Origin: Patescibacteria group bacterium
Lineage (GTDB): Bacteria > Patescibacteriota > Patescibacteriia > 2-12-FULL-60-25
Reading direction: 5' to 3'
Assembly (NCBI GenBank): GCA_041665165.1
Contig: JBAYJJ010000001.1
Coordinates: 7,210 to 71,209, forward strand
Length of the DNA: 64,000 nt
This document shows positions 16,748 to 26,040 of the stretch, piece by piece; positions within the stretch are counted from its first letter, which is position 1, and every line of letters begins with the position of its first letter. The position numbers were made by a program, and so were the translations under genes. The notes beneath the pieces are model-generated. The model made no database searches and had not been told where the DNA came from. It was given only the letters and a program-made list of their open reading frames with translations.

Positions 16748-18646
16748 ATGATGAACCCTGAACAGATACTGAGTTGCCCAAACTGCAAAAATAATTTCAC
16801 ACAGAACACATGCCGAAATTGCGGTTTTATTCTGGATCAAGTCAACGGCGGCATCTATCAGATGGCTAAAAACAAGAACTTCTATTTCCGCGAGAAAATG
16901 CCCCAACCGATCTTGGCGGAAATAAATAAGTCCGAGGATATATTCGCGGCGACTTATGCGGCATTCAAAAAAACCTTGCCTTGGAAGTACGACTTTTATG
17001 CGCTCGAATCAAACCGCGGGGCCGGCACGATTTTGAGCAAATTAGGTCCTGATTCAATCGTATTGGATTACGGAGCAGGCTGGGGCAACTTGGCAAAATT
17101 CGCCTCTTTATACTGCAAGCATGTTTTCGCCATGGACCTGACTTTGGAAAGCCTAGAGTTCTGCGACAAGACGTCGAAGCATGAGAACATGACATTCATC
17201 CACGGCGGAGACTACAAATATCTTCCTTTCAAGGATAAGTCGCTTGATGCCGTATTTTTGAATGGTGTTTTGGAATGGATACCGGAATATGACCTTTCAG
17301 CGCCCCCGCGCACGATTCAACTCAATTTTCTGAAAGAAATCCGTCGGGCGTTGAAAGATGATGGCCAAGTATTCATCGGCATCGAAAATCGTATCGGATT
17401 CCCCTATTTTTTCGGAAAGTCAGACGAACACTCTAAAATCAGGTTCGGCACTCTCATGCCCCGTGTTCTGGCGGACTTAGTCTCCAGGATAAAATTCCAC
17501 AAACCCTACCGTACATTTACTTATGGGCCTCGCGGCTATAAGCATCTTTTGAAAGAAGCTGGCTTTGAAGACAACGCCATAAATGTCCCCGCGTCTGACT
17601 ACAGGGAAATCATACAGATATTTTTACCTGAAGCTAAAAAAAGCTCAGTCTCGGCTCCGGAAGGTGACCTTAATTGGAAAAGGAAGGTCAAAAACCTTGC
17701 CCGGCGCTTATTCTACCCCTCATTTTTATCCAAATACTTTGCCCACGCGTTCTTGATAACTTCGAACTGGCACGAACCAAACCTGCTTAAAGATGTCTTG
17801 CTTATGAAAGGAGAGCATCTTAAAGATGCCAAAAAAGTGGTCAATAACAATCTCAAAGGCACAATCTTGGTTGAAACGGAAAATTATATCTATAAAATCC
17901 CAGCTCACTCAAAAGCCAGCGCAAATCTTAAAACCGAAATCAACACAATCGAAGAACTCGCAAAATCAGGCTGGATAAGCCCTTATTTGCCGAAGATCGA
18001 GCTTGCATCCATCAACAGCACGAACATCCAAATAATCACTAAGGAAAAACAGGTTAAAAAAGATAAAGGATATTTCGTGGAGATAAAAAAGTTCCTTGAC
18101 CTAAAAAACCGTGACGCTCAATATAAATCGCTTTCAGACGCAATCCAAGACCTGGATCTGCAAAATGTGAGGGGATATCTAAGACTGAACGAAAAAAGCG
18201 ATTTGATTGATCGGCTCATAGCCAAATCCACTGAAATAAAAACTCCAGTCGCGTTCGCTCATGGAGACCTCCATACTAACAATATTTTGGCGACCGCTGG
18301 AGGCATCAAAATCATAGACTGGGAATTTTATGCTAAAAAGGCGCCTACGGAATTCGATTTGATCAGCTTGGTCCTATATGAGGAGACCTTTGTCAAAAAA
18401 ACTCCTTATCACGATTTGATGGAGCGGTTCTTAAACCAGACATTTGTCCCGTCGCCTGAAAATAATTTCTCTGAACTTTTTCCAATCATCAAGGCAGCGC
18501 ATCCCCTGGTGCTGGTTGGACATTTCCTATATCAACTCAGCCAAGCACTAGGAAGATATGAAAACGTGGCGTTCGTACCTTATCAAAAAGATCAAAAATA
18601 TAAGAAAACCTTGGAAATCATCGAAAAATACATGGAATCCATATGA
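16748..18646 (+). CDS. Fusion protein: Zn-ribbon + class I SAM methyltransferase + APH/choline-kinase-like kinase
   Basis: 632 aa. Contains CPNCKNNFTQNTCRNCGF, the methyltransferase motif I VLDYGAGWGNL with LDAVFLNGVLEWIP, and a C-terminal kinase catalytic loop HGDLHTNNIL...IKIIDWEF. Confidence 0.7.
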   Translation: MMNPEQILSCPNCKNNFTQNTCRNCGFILDQVNGGIYQMAKNKNFYFREKMPQPILAEINKSEDIFAATYAAFKKTLPWKYDFYALESNRGAGTILSKLGPDSIVLDYGAGWGNLAKFASLYCKHVFAMDLTLESLEFCDKTSKHENMTFIHGGDYKYLPFKDKSLDAVFLNGVLEWIPEYDLSAPPRTIQLNFLKEIRRALKDDGQVFIGIENRIGFPYFFGKSDEHSKIRFGTLMPRVLADLVSRIKFHKPYRTFTYGPRGYKHLLKEAGFEDNAINVPASDYREIIQIFLPEAKKSSVSAPEGDLNWKRKVKNLARRLFYPSFLSKYFAHAFLITSNWHEPNLLKDVLLMKGEHLKDAKKVVNNNLKGTILVETENYIYKIPAHSKASANLKTEINTIEELAKSGWISPYLPKIELASINSTNIQIITKEKQVKKDKGYFVEIKKFLDLKNRDAQYKSLSDAIQDLDLQNVRGYLRLNEKSDLIDRLIAKSTEIKTPVAFAHGDLHTNNILATAGGIKIIDWEFYAKKAPTEFDLISLVLYEETFVKKTPYHDLMERFLNQTFVPSPENNFSELFPIIKAAHPLVLVGHFLYQLSQALGRYENVAFVPYQKDQKYKKTLEIIEKYMESI

Positions 18647-21333
18647 TTAATTCTATCCTGCTGATAAGGCCTTTCGCAGCGGAGAAAAAACAATTTCCTT
18701 TAGGCTTGCTGTATGTAGGCACTGCCTTAAAGCGCAAAGGCTATCAAGTCCAGATAATCGATTTGCAGGACGAACCCGAGCGTGAGAACGAAATCATCGA
18801 AACACTCAAGTCCCGGCCAGACATGCTGCTCGGCATAAGCGCACTAGCCCCCCAATATCATTGGGTAAAGCGTTTTACGCTCCGCCTGAAACAGATCATC
18901 CCACAGACCCCCGTGGTCATCGGCGGCCATATCGCAATCTGTCGCAAACAACTCCTGGAAAATACTGGGATTGATTATGTGTGCGTAGGCGAAGGCGAAG
19001 AAATGCTCCCCGAGCTGATTGAGGCGCTGAACAATGGTTCTTCGCTCGAAAATATCACAGGAATGGCTTTTAGAGGCAAGGATAGTGCGATGCTGAAAAC
19101 CGCTTGGCGACCACAGATAAAGGATTTCGGATTGCCGGATTACGACCTGATCAATGTCGAAAAATATATAATCCATCCGGATGAGGACAGTTTTTTCCAT
19201 AAATCAACCGAATACCAGAAACAAGCCACTCCGCAAGATAAGTCGTGCGTGATCATGTTCTCAAGAGGCTGTATCGGGCATTGCGGCTTCTGCTACAGGC
19301 ATCATGCTGGCTATCGGCAGCTCACGATTGAGGAAAGCTGGGAGAACCTGATGATCCTTTACCATAAGTATGGGGTCAGATATTTCAGGATCGATGATGA
19401 GCTCTTCACGAATAATCCGGAATGGCTAAAGGCGATTTGCGAAAAAATCCGCGAATCCGGGCTTGGCATAATGTTCAGGATCACCGGGTTGCGTGTTGAT
19501 ACTGTTGACGATGAACGCCTAGAAATACTCAAACAATCCGGCTGTATCGCTATCAATTATGGCATCGAATCCCTGTCCCAAACCACGCTGAACACTATGC
19601 TTAAAGGCGTGTCAGTCCAGCAAAACGAGGACGCTTTGCGCAAGACCCTGGCTCATGGCATGGCGACCATGGCTTATATCATTTGGGGTTACCAGGGAGA
19701 AAACAAAAAAACCATCCTGGAAACCATCGATACCCTGATTTCTTTAGGGCTCCCACCCCACCTGGTATCTATCTTTTATCTTGTCGCCCTGCCTGGCACT
19801 ACCATGTACGCCTATGCTTTGCGCACCAAAAAAATCACGGACGAAGATGCTTACTTGGATTCTTTGAACATACTCATGCAGAAGTGGGGCGGATTCCATA
19901 AACGATATCTCATCAACTATTCCGAGTTGTCGCGCAAAGAACTCAAAAAATACGAAGAGATGCTGATGCTCATCCTTAAGCTGCGCGTTCGTTTCGGAAA
20001 GAATAGTATCTTGTCGAAAATCGTACGCCAAACAGTTCCGAGCCTGCCAGCCAGCCTCTTTCTGGGCCTCACGAACGCCACATACTCGATTTTCAGGAAA
20101 ACTAAATCTTTTTTCGCCCCTAAAAAACCAAGAGCACAAAAAAAACCTGGTTCGCCTCTCTGTGTCTTATGCCTGTCGTTCAGGACCCCTCCTGCCGTGC
20201 GGCCGCAAGCGATATTGATCGGCAAAATGATACCCGAGTGGATCAGGCAAGGTGTCCAGCCTGTTATCGTCAACTACGACAACAATGGCGACTGGGGCAT
20301 TGACGTGCCGATATACAGCGTCCCCTTTTTCAGGATCAACCGTTTCGCAGCCAAGCTGCCTTTTGTGCGCGAAACTTTGGAATACATATATTTGAGGCGC
20401 CTGTGCCGAAAGCTCAAGCCCATAATCCATGAACATGAAATAGATCTGATTTTTTCCTTTGCCAATCCACAAGCCAGCAACGCGCTTGGAGCAATGTTGA
20501 AAAAACAGACCCGTTTGCCGTTCGTAGCCCATTTCAGCGACCCTTGGTATGACATGCCTCTTGAAAAAAAATCCTGGGTTTCCAACCGGCTGGTGCGGGC
20601 TTGGGAAAAATATGTCATCAAGAACAGTGATCGCGTAATTTTTGTTAACCCTATTTTGCGCGATTTGGTCATGAAAAAATATCCGACGGCTTGGGCTGAA
20701 AAAACCAGCATCATACCCCACTGCTTCGATCCTAAGCTATATGCCAAGGTTGAAAAACCAGCCGGTCGTCCTTTCCTCTTCAGCCATCTTGGGGCTTTTT
20801 ATGAGCAGCGTCGGCCAGAGCCTTTGCTGGAAGTCATGTCTAGAGTCGAAAAATCCGGCTTGAATAACTTCAAACTCGAACTCGTGGGCGCAGATCAGGC
20901 CTATACAGGCTTCGCGACCAAAGAGTTGAGCGGTTCTATCCAAAGCTTCGGACTTGCAGACATGGTTGAGGTCAAGCCGGCCGTTAACTATATCGAAAGC
21001 CTGAGGTTGATGTCCGAAGCCGACTGTTTGCTGGTCATGGACGCCAACTTGGCCTCAAGCCCGTTCTTGCCGTCCAAGCTGATTGATTATGCGGGTAGCG
21101 GCACAATGATCGTGGGCTTTACGCCACAGGGCAGCCCGACCCAGCACTTCCTGGAGAAGCTTGGTTACAGATCTTTCAACTATCAACAGATCGACCAAGC
21201 AGCCCAATATCTGGCTGACCTAGTCCAGACAAAAAAACAAATCATTCCGAACCGCGAATACCTGGAAGCTTTCGACGTGAAGCAAACCACCTCTGGATTG
21301 ATTGATGTTTTCAAACAAGCGCAAAAAAGATAG
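18643..21333 (+). CDS. Fusion protein: B12-binding radical SAM enzyme + GT-B (GT4-like) glycosyltransferase
   Basis: 896 aa. The N-terminal B12-binding-like domain is LLIRPF...GLLYVGTAL...VVIGGH. The radical SAM cluster motif is SRGCIGHCGFCY (CxxxCxxC). The C-terminal ~390 aa (DLIFSFANPQASN...FLPSKLIDYAGSG) is GT-B-like. Confidence 0.7.
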   Translation: MINSILLIRPFAAEKKQFPLGLLYVGTALKRKGYQVQIIDLQDEPERENEIIETLKSRPDMLLGISALAPQYHWVKRFTLRLKQIIPQTPVVIGGHIAICRKQLLENTGIDYVCVGEGEEMLPELIEALNNGSSLENITGMAFRGKDSAMLKTAWRPQIKDFGLPDYDLINVEKYIIHPDEDSFFHKSTEYQKQATPQDKSCVIMFSRGCIGHCGFCYRHHAGYRQLTIEESWENLMILYHKYGVRYFRIDDELFTNNPEWLKAICEKIRESGLGIMFRITGLRVDTVDDERLEILKQSGCIAINYGIESLSQTTLNTMLKGVSVQQNEDALRKTLAHGMATMAYIIWGYQGENKKTILETIDTLISLGLPPHLVSIFYLVALPGTTMYAYALRTKKITDEDAYLDSLNILMQKWGGFHKRYLINYSELSRKELKKYEEMLMLILKLRVRFGKNSILSKIVRQTVPSLPASLFLGLTNATYSIFRKTKSFFAPKKPRAQKKPGSPLCVLCLSFRTPPAVRPQAILIGKMIPEWIRQGVQPVIVNYDNNGDWGIDVPIYSVPFFRINRFAAKLPFVRETLEYIYLRRLCRKLKPIIHEHEIDLIFSFANPQASNALGAMLKKQTRLPFVAHFSDPWYDMPLEKKSWVSNRLVRAWEKYVIKNSDRVIFVNPILRDLVMKKYPTAWAEKTSIIPHCFDPKLYAKVEKPAGRPFLFSHLGAFYEQRRPEPLLEVMSRVEKSGLNNFKLELVGADQAYTGFATKELSGSIQSFGLADMVEVKPAVNYIESLRLMSEADCLLVMDANLASSPFLPSKLIDYAGSGTMIVGFTPQGSPTQHFLEKLGYRSFNYQQIDQAAQYLADLVQTKKQIIPNREYLEAFDVKQTTSGLIDVFKQAQKR

Positions 21334-21342
21334 AATCAGTCT

Positions 21343-22440
21343 ATGAAAGTCGCAATCATAATCGGCACTAGGCCTGAAATAATCAAAATGTCCCCCTTGA
21401 TTAGGACCTGCACCGAAAAAAGGCTTGATTTTTTTATTGTCCATACCGGCCAGCACTATGATTATGAGCTTGACGGAAAAATGTTCAAGGACCTTGGCCT
21501 GCCCAAGCCAAAATACAATCTGAACGTCGGCGGCAAGCCATACCGCATCCAAAAAAGCCTGATGATCAGGGAGATGGCTGATATTTTTAAACGCGAAGGA
21601 GTTGATGTAGTAGTGGTCCAAGGCGATACCAACAGCGTGCTGGCCGGGACCCTGGCCGGCCTCAAGACCAATTGCAGGGTCGCCCACCACGAGGCTGGTT
21701 TACGCAGCCACGATCTGGGTATGCTGGAAGAAGTGAATCGCATTATCACGGATAACGTGGCTGATTATCTATTCGCTCCGACCAAGACAGCGCTGAAGAA
21801 CCTCGAGCAAGAGGGTTTGAAAAAGCATTCTTATTTGACAGGCAACACGATTACTGACGCGGTTATCCAGAACTCAGAAATTGCCCGAAAAAAATCCATG
21901 ATCTTGCGCAAACTGAAACTGAAAAAATCAAGCTTTGTCTTGGTCACGACCCATCGTGCCGAAAACGTCGATGACAAAAATAAGCTCAGTAATATTTTGG
22001 CTGGATTGGACGCAGTCTCCAAAAAACTAAAACTCCCGGTCATTCTCCCCTTGCACCCGCGCACAAAATCCAATATCGAAAAATTCAGCCTCAAAAAACC
22101 CAAATCCATCAAATTCATCAAGCCTTTAGGCTATTTGGACTTCCTTAATCTGGAAGCTAATGCCAAATTGATAATCACCGACTCCGGCGGCATCCAGGAA
22201 GAGGCTAGTATCCTGAAAATACCCTGCGTGACCATCCGCGAGAATACTGAACGGCCTGAAACCATAAAAGCCGGGATAAACTTATTGGCCGGCACTGACC
22301 CGAAAAAAATCCTGGCATGTTCTGAACGGATCATAAAAAACAAAAAAAAATGGGGCAACTTGTACGGCAATGGCGATGCAGCTGAAAAAATAATGGACCA
22401 TATCATAAGGTTGGAAGCAGAATATGGCAATTTATATTAG
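21343..22440 (+). CDS. wecB: UDP-N-acetylglucosamine 2-epimerase
   Basis: 365 aa. Motifs are MKVAIIIGTRPEIIKMSPLI, VVVQGDTNS, HHEAGLRS and TDSGGIQEE. Whether it is hydrolysing or non-hydrolysing cannot be decided by eye. Confidence 0.85.
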   Translation: MKVAIIIGTRPEIIKMSPLIRTCTEKRLDFFIVHTGQHYDYELDGKMFKDLGLPKPKYNLNVGGKPYRIQKSLMIREMADIFKREGVDVVVVQGDTNSVLAGTLAGLKTNCRVAHHEAGLRSHDLGMLEEVNRIITDNVADYLFAPTKTALKNLEQEGLKKHSYLTGNTITDAVIQNSEIARKKSMILRKLKLKKSSFVLVTTHRAENVDDKNKLSNILAGLDAVSKKLKLPVILPLHPRTKSNIEKFSLKKPKSIKFIKPLGYLDFLNLEANAKLIITDSGGIQEEASILKIPCVTIRENTERPETIKAGINLLAGTDPKKILACSERIIKNKKKWGNLYGNGDAAEKIMDHIIRLEAEYGNLY

Positions 22441-23146
22441 GCCGTCAAAAACATTCTTTTTCTCTTTCCTGACGAAAGAGATCCAAACCGTAGGCAACGG
22501 CATAGGCTTGGACGCTGCCTGCGCAAACATGAAAAACAGGCACATGTTCAGGACTGCAAGTTATTACGGGGTTGATATCAATCTTGAACTCGTCAAAACC
22601 GGTCTAAACAAATATCAAGATTCCTCGACTTTTGGCATCTTGGCTGACATGTCCAAGCTCAATCCTATCCCCGAAGGCAGCGTTGATCTGATTGTTTCAA
22701 GCAATACTTTGTATACGATACCTGATGCGCAAAGGATTGATGCTATCCAACATTTGATTCGCATCACTGCTCCATCAGGCAAGCTGATATTAGAAGTTCC
22801 GATAGCAAATGATTTTGTGACTATACAAAAATTGACGAACGAATACTTTGAGCAAGTCCAAATAGTCCATTACCAAAACTTCCTGAGCTTAGCTTATGAA
22901 AAGATCTTTGAAAGAAACGGGAACTTAGGATCTCACCCGATTGCCGGATCCAAACCCTTTCTAGTACTGTCTTGGCTGATTAGCCGAGCCGAGTATCTGA
23001 CCAGGTATTTCAGATTCTTGAATAAGCATGTCGTTTTTATTTGCACGCACAAAAAATCACAAATCAAAAATGAGTTTGACTTAAAAAACCTGCCTGTATT
23101 GTCTGATAAAATCTACGTCCTCCCTGGGGTCAAAGCCACTTCCTGA
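22424..23146 (+). CDS. Class I SAM-dependent methyltransferase (tentative)
   Basis: 240 aa with a 17-nt overlap onto wecB. GIGLDAACAN (motif I-like) and VDLIVSSNTLYTIPDAQRIDAIQHLIRITAPSGKLILEVP (motifs II-III) are present. Confidence 0.5.
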   Translation: MAIYIRPSKTFFFSFLTKEIQTVGNGIGLDAACANMKNRHMFRTASYYGVDINLELVKTGLNKYQDSSTFGILADMSKLNPIPEGSVDLIVSSNTLYTIPDAQRIDAIQHLIRITAPSGKLILEVPIANDFVTIQKLTNEYFEQVQIVHYQNFLSLAYEKIFERNGNLGSHPIAGSKPFLVLSWLISRAEYLTRYFRFLNKHVVFICTHKKSQIKNEFDLKNLPVLSDKIYVLPGVKATS

Positions 23147-26039
23147 GCCAAGCCTTCAATTTTTCTGGTGGCTTGATATTGCTTTGGCGCAAACTGCGGC
23201 TCAAACGTTTGAAAGATGTCACTAAGACGATTGATACCGGACTTACGACACTTGCCCAAACTCTCCAAAAACCTTTGGCACGTCCCAAAGAATCAAGGCT
23301 AAGCTTATTTTTGCTTAAAACGTATTCGCCCTGTTTTAAGGCGCTTAAAATCGCGCCAGGATTTAAGTTTGCAGCGTTGACCTTAATTGACGGTCCGCCC
23401 AAATGTTCCTTGCGGTGCATATCCAAACCAGCAAAAGCTTTGAGCTCTGGATCGCTCTTGCGCAAAGTATCCAAGAGCTTGATGGCCTTGGTACGCGGCG
23501 CGTATTTGCCGTCATAATGCGCGTTCCAGATTTCTATGCCATCAAGCAATGCGCCGAATTGTCCTGTCGTAAATTTGTTTCTGTGCGGATGAGCTAGGAC
23601 CACAAGCGCTCCGTCTTTTTTCGCTGTCTCAATCATCTCAAGCGGCGACAGGTTGAGATCCAAATCAGTAACATTGATGAGCATCACGTGCTGGCCATTG
23701 CATGGCACCTCAAAACCAGGGATGAAAACAAAATCCGGATCGCTCTGCTCATGACAGCGACGAATATACTCCTGGACTTTGTCTTGAGCAAAATTCTCAA
23801 TATGCTCAGTCAAACATACAAAAGATACTCCTCGGGACTTAAAAATAGACTTTAGTTGCTCCAGATCCAGTTTCGCATCATAAGAATAGGCTGAATGCAC
23901 ATGCATCACGCCTTTATATCCAGTCTCCGTAGATTTTCCCCGCTGCATCACATCAAACGGTTCAACCAAAGCAGGCTTTAGATCAACCCAAGAAAAAATA
24001 TCACCTTTTGATTCGCTTCTGAAAAAATCAAAAATAAAATCTTTCAAAGAAACCCACTTTGACGGTTGGGGTAAGCCGCTTATTTTTCCACCAAACCAAA
24101 CAGACGTCAGATGCTTTACGTCAGCCAACAAGTGTCGCGAGGTAACTCCCTTCCTATATCCGGACGCGACAACATTGTGTCCTTGAGCCATTCCTAGGAG
24201 CAAAGCCGGAAAATCAACTCCAGAATGGATAGCCAAGGGCAAAGACCCCCAGAAACGCCCATTGATTTCCATGAGCACAAGCTTGCCAAATGCATCTCTC
24301 TTGAACTCGACCATGGCCACACCCGTCCAATCCAGAGCTTTGAGCAGATCAAGCGATGCTTTTCTCATATCTGCCGGCATTTCAATACTCTCACGCACAC
24401 AGCTCGCACCACCATAAGGCGAAATAGATCGGACGCGGCGATGAGCGAATTCTGACTTGACTTCTCCGTTCTGCATAAGGAAAAAGGCTCCGAATTCCTC
24501 GCCTTGGACATATCTCTGGATCAGCGGCCACTCCCCTGTCTTGTCTGCGATCTCTTGGGCTTTTTCTCCCAATTCCTGGGCATTTTGGATAGTGATTGTC
24601 CTACCCGAGGCTCCGCGACCGTTTTTCCACTGACAACTGTGTCGAGGTTTCAGTATGCAAGGAAAATTGACCTCAACTCCCGCAGCTTCTGCTTGTTCGC
24701 GGGATTCTGGCTTTTTTGTCCCAGGAATCGCAATCCCAAGTCTTTGAGCAAGCTCAAGCGTCTTAGACTTATCGAACGCGACCTCAACGCTTTCCGGCGT
24801 GGGCAATATTTTTTCTAAACCTGTAAATAGGTTTCTGTTTTTTGAAAGTGGCAAAAATGTAGCGTCGCTGCACGATAGAACCATCATATTCCCGCCATTG
24901 TCATCGTAGACTTGTTTGATTGCCTTGATAAAACCTTCCGGATCTGTGATTGGCGACGGATAAACAAAGGATTGCGTGCAATATCTTGAATGCAAGGCCA
25001 TGCCTGTTTTTCTTTCTGCTCCGCAAATGACTCTTATGTCTTTCGACCCCAGTGACCTCACAATAGCTAATGCGCTTTGCACACTTCCATCCAAAACCAT
25101 GACAGACTGTCTTGCTGTCGCGAGTTGACCAATTTCGCCCATCACGACCTGATCCATCAAACCCTGACGTTTAAGCTCAGCCACGCGCGCAAATATTTGG
25201 TCCAAGCCGCGCAATAATTCATCCGGGTTTGATGCCAAATTGAACGGATGGAACCAAAGATGAAAAACTTTTTTCTCTTTGACAGCTCGATCTATTCCAA
25301 GCAGGACTTTAGAAACCCGAAATGAAACCGGAAGATATTTCGCCCAGCCGCGTGCATGCGGATAAAAATAACTGCCTGGAATTGACGTCAAGCCGTCTTG
25401 TTGTTTTGGCGATACTGATCGGACTGGAAACACAAGGTAGTTGTCCAAAACGTGCGCAAGTCTTTTTAAGATGCCGGACAACCCCGCGTACCAATTCTCA
25501 TCAGGGGCGCGAAAGACCTCAATCCCCTGCTCTTTCAAGATCGAAGTATGAGCTACATGATTTTTTGGATAAACAAAAGACCTCAACTCCAAGCCTCTAC
25601 TTGAGGCCAAGTTCTTACACGCGATAAGCTCTGACCTGAACCATTCAGGGGTACAGGCAGGATCATCAGCAATGACATGCGAGAAAGTGTGGCACCCGAT
25701 TTCTTGTTTGACCGGACAGGAAAGGATCCGATCGATGATATCTTTGCCATACCAAATCGGATCGGATTGGATGTTTGAATGCGGGTCAATATCAAACCAA
25801 TTCGCTGGTGCAAAAATTTCAGGATGATTGTTGCATGAATCCAAAAATAAATGCCCGACCGTTGCCCAAGTGGCCTTGATGTCGTATTTGACGAACAGTT
25901 CCAGCAAACGAGTGATGGCTTGTCTCGTGTTCAGATAATCGTTTTTCAGATGGTCTGCGCCGCGCGTGCCCCAGGCTAATTCAAAATCAAGAGACAAAAC
26001 AAATGCTCCTTTTTTCAGCTCCAAATCGCGGCTTTGCAT
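23130..26039 (-). CDS. Three-domain protein: CE4 polysaccharide deacetylase + ATP-grasp + PHP phosphoesterase
   Basis: 969 aa. The N-terminal LSLDFELAWG...ATWATVGHLF...CHTFSH is NodB/CE4-like. The middle ILKPRHS...LIQRYVQGEEFGAFF...VAMVEFK...LMEINGRFWGS is ATP-grasp. The C-terminal VMHVHSAYSYD...LTEHIE...LAHPHR is PHP-like. Confidence 0.7.
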   Translation of the reverse strand: MQSRDLELKKGAFVLSLDFELAWGTRGADHLKNDYLNTRQAITRLLELFVKYDIKATWATVGHLFLDSCNNHPEIFAPANWFDIDPHSNIQSDPIWYGKDIIDRILSCPVKQEIGCHTFSHVIADDPACTPEWFRSELIACKNLASSRGLELRSFVYPKNHVAHTSILKEQGIEVFRAPDENWYAGLSGILKRLAHVLDNYLVFPVRSVSPKQQDGLTSIPGSYFYPHARGWAKYLPVSFRVSKVLLGIDRAVKEKKVFHLWFHPFNLASNPDELLRGLDQIFARVAELKRQGLMDQVVMGEIGQLATARQSVMVLDGSVQSALAIVRSLGSKDIRVICGAERKTGMALHSRYCTQSFVYPSPITDPEGFIKAIKQVYDDNGGNMMVLSCSDATFLPLSKNRNLFTGLEKILPTPESVEVAFDKSKTLELAQRLGIAIPGTKKPESREQAEAAGVEVNFPCILKPRHSCQWKNGRGASGRTITIQNAQELGEKAQEIADKTGEWPLIQRYVQGEEFGAFFLMQNGEVKSEFAHRRVRSISPYGGASCVRESIEMPADMRKASLDLLKALDWTGVAMVEFKRDAFGKLVLMEINGRFWGSLPLAIHSGVDFPALLLGMAQGHNVVASGYRKGVTSRHLLADVKHLTSVWFGGKISGLPQPSKWVSLKDFIFDFFRSESKGDIFSWVDLKPALVEPFDVMQRGKSTETGYKGVMHVHSAYSYDAKLDLEQLKSIFKSRGVSFVCLTEHIENFAQDKVQEYIRRCHEQSDPDFVFIPGFEVPCNGQHVMLINVTDLDLNLSPLEMIETAKKDGALVVLAHPHRNKFTTGQFGALLDGIEIWNAHYDGKYAPRTKAIKLLDTLRKSDPELKAFAGLDMHRKEHLGGPSIKVNAANLNPGAILSALKQGEYVLSKNKLSLDSLGRAKGFWRVWASVVSPVSIVLVTSFKRLSRSLRQSNIKPPEKLKAWLRKWL

Positions 26040-26040
26040 A

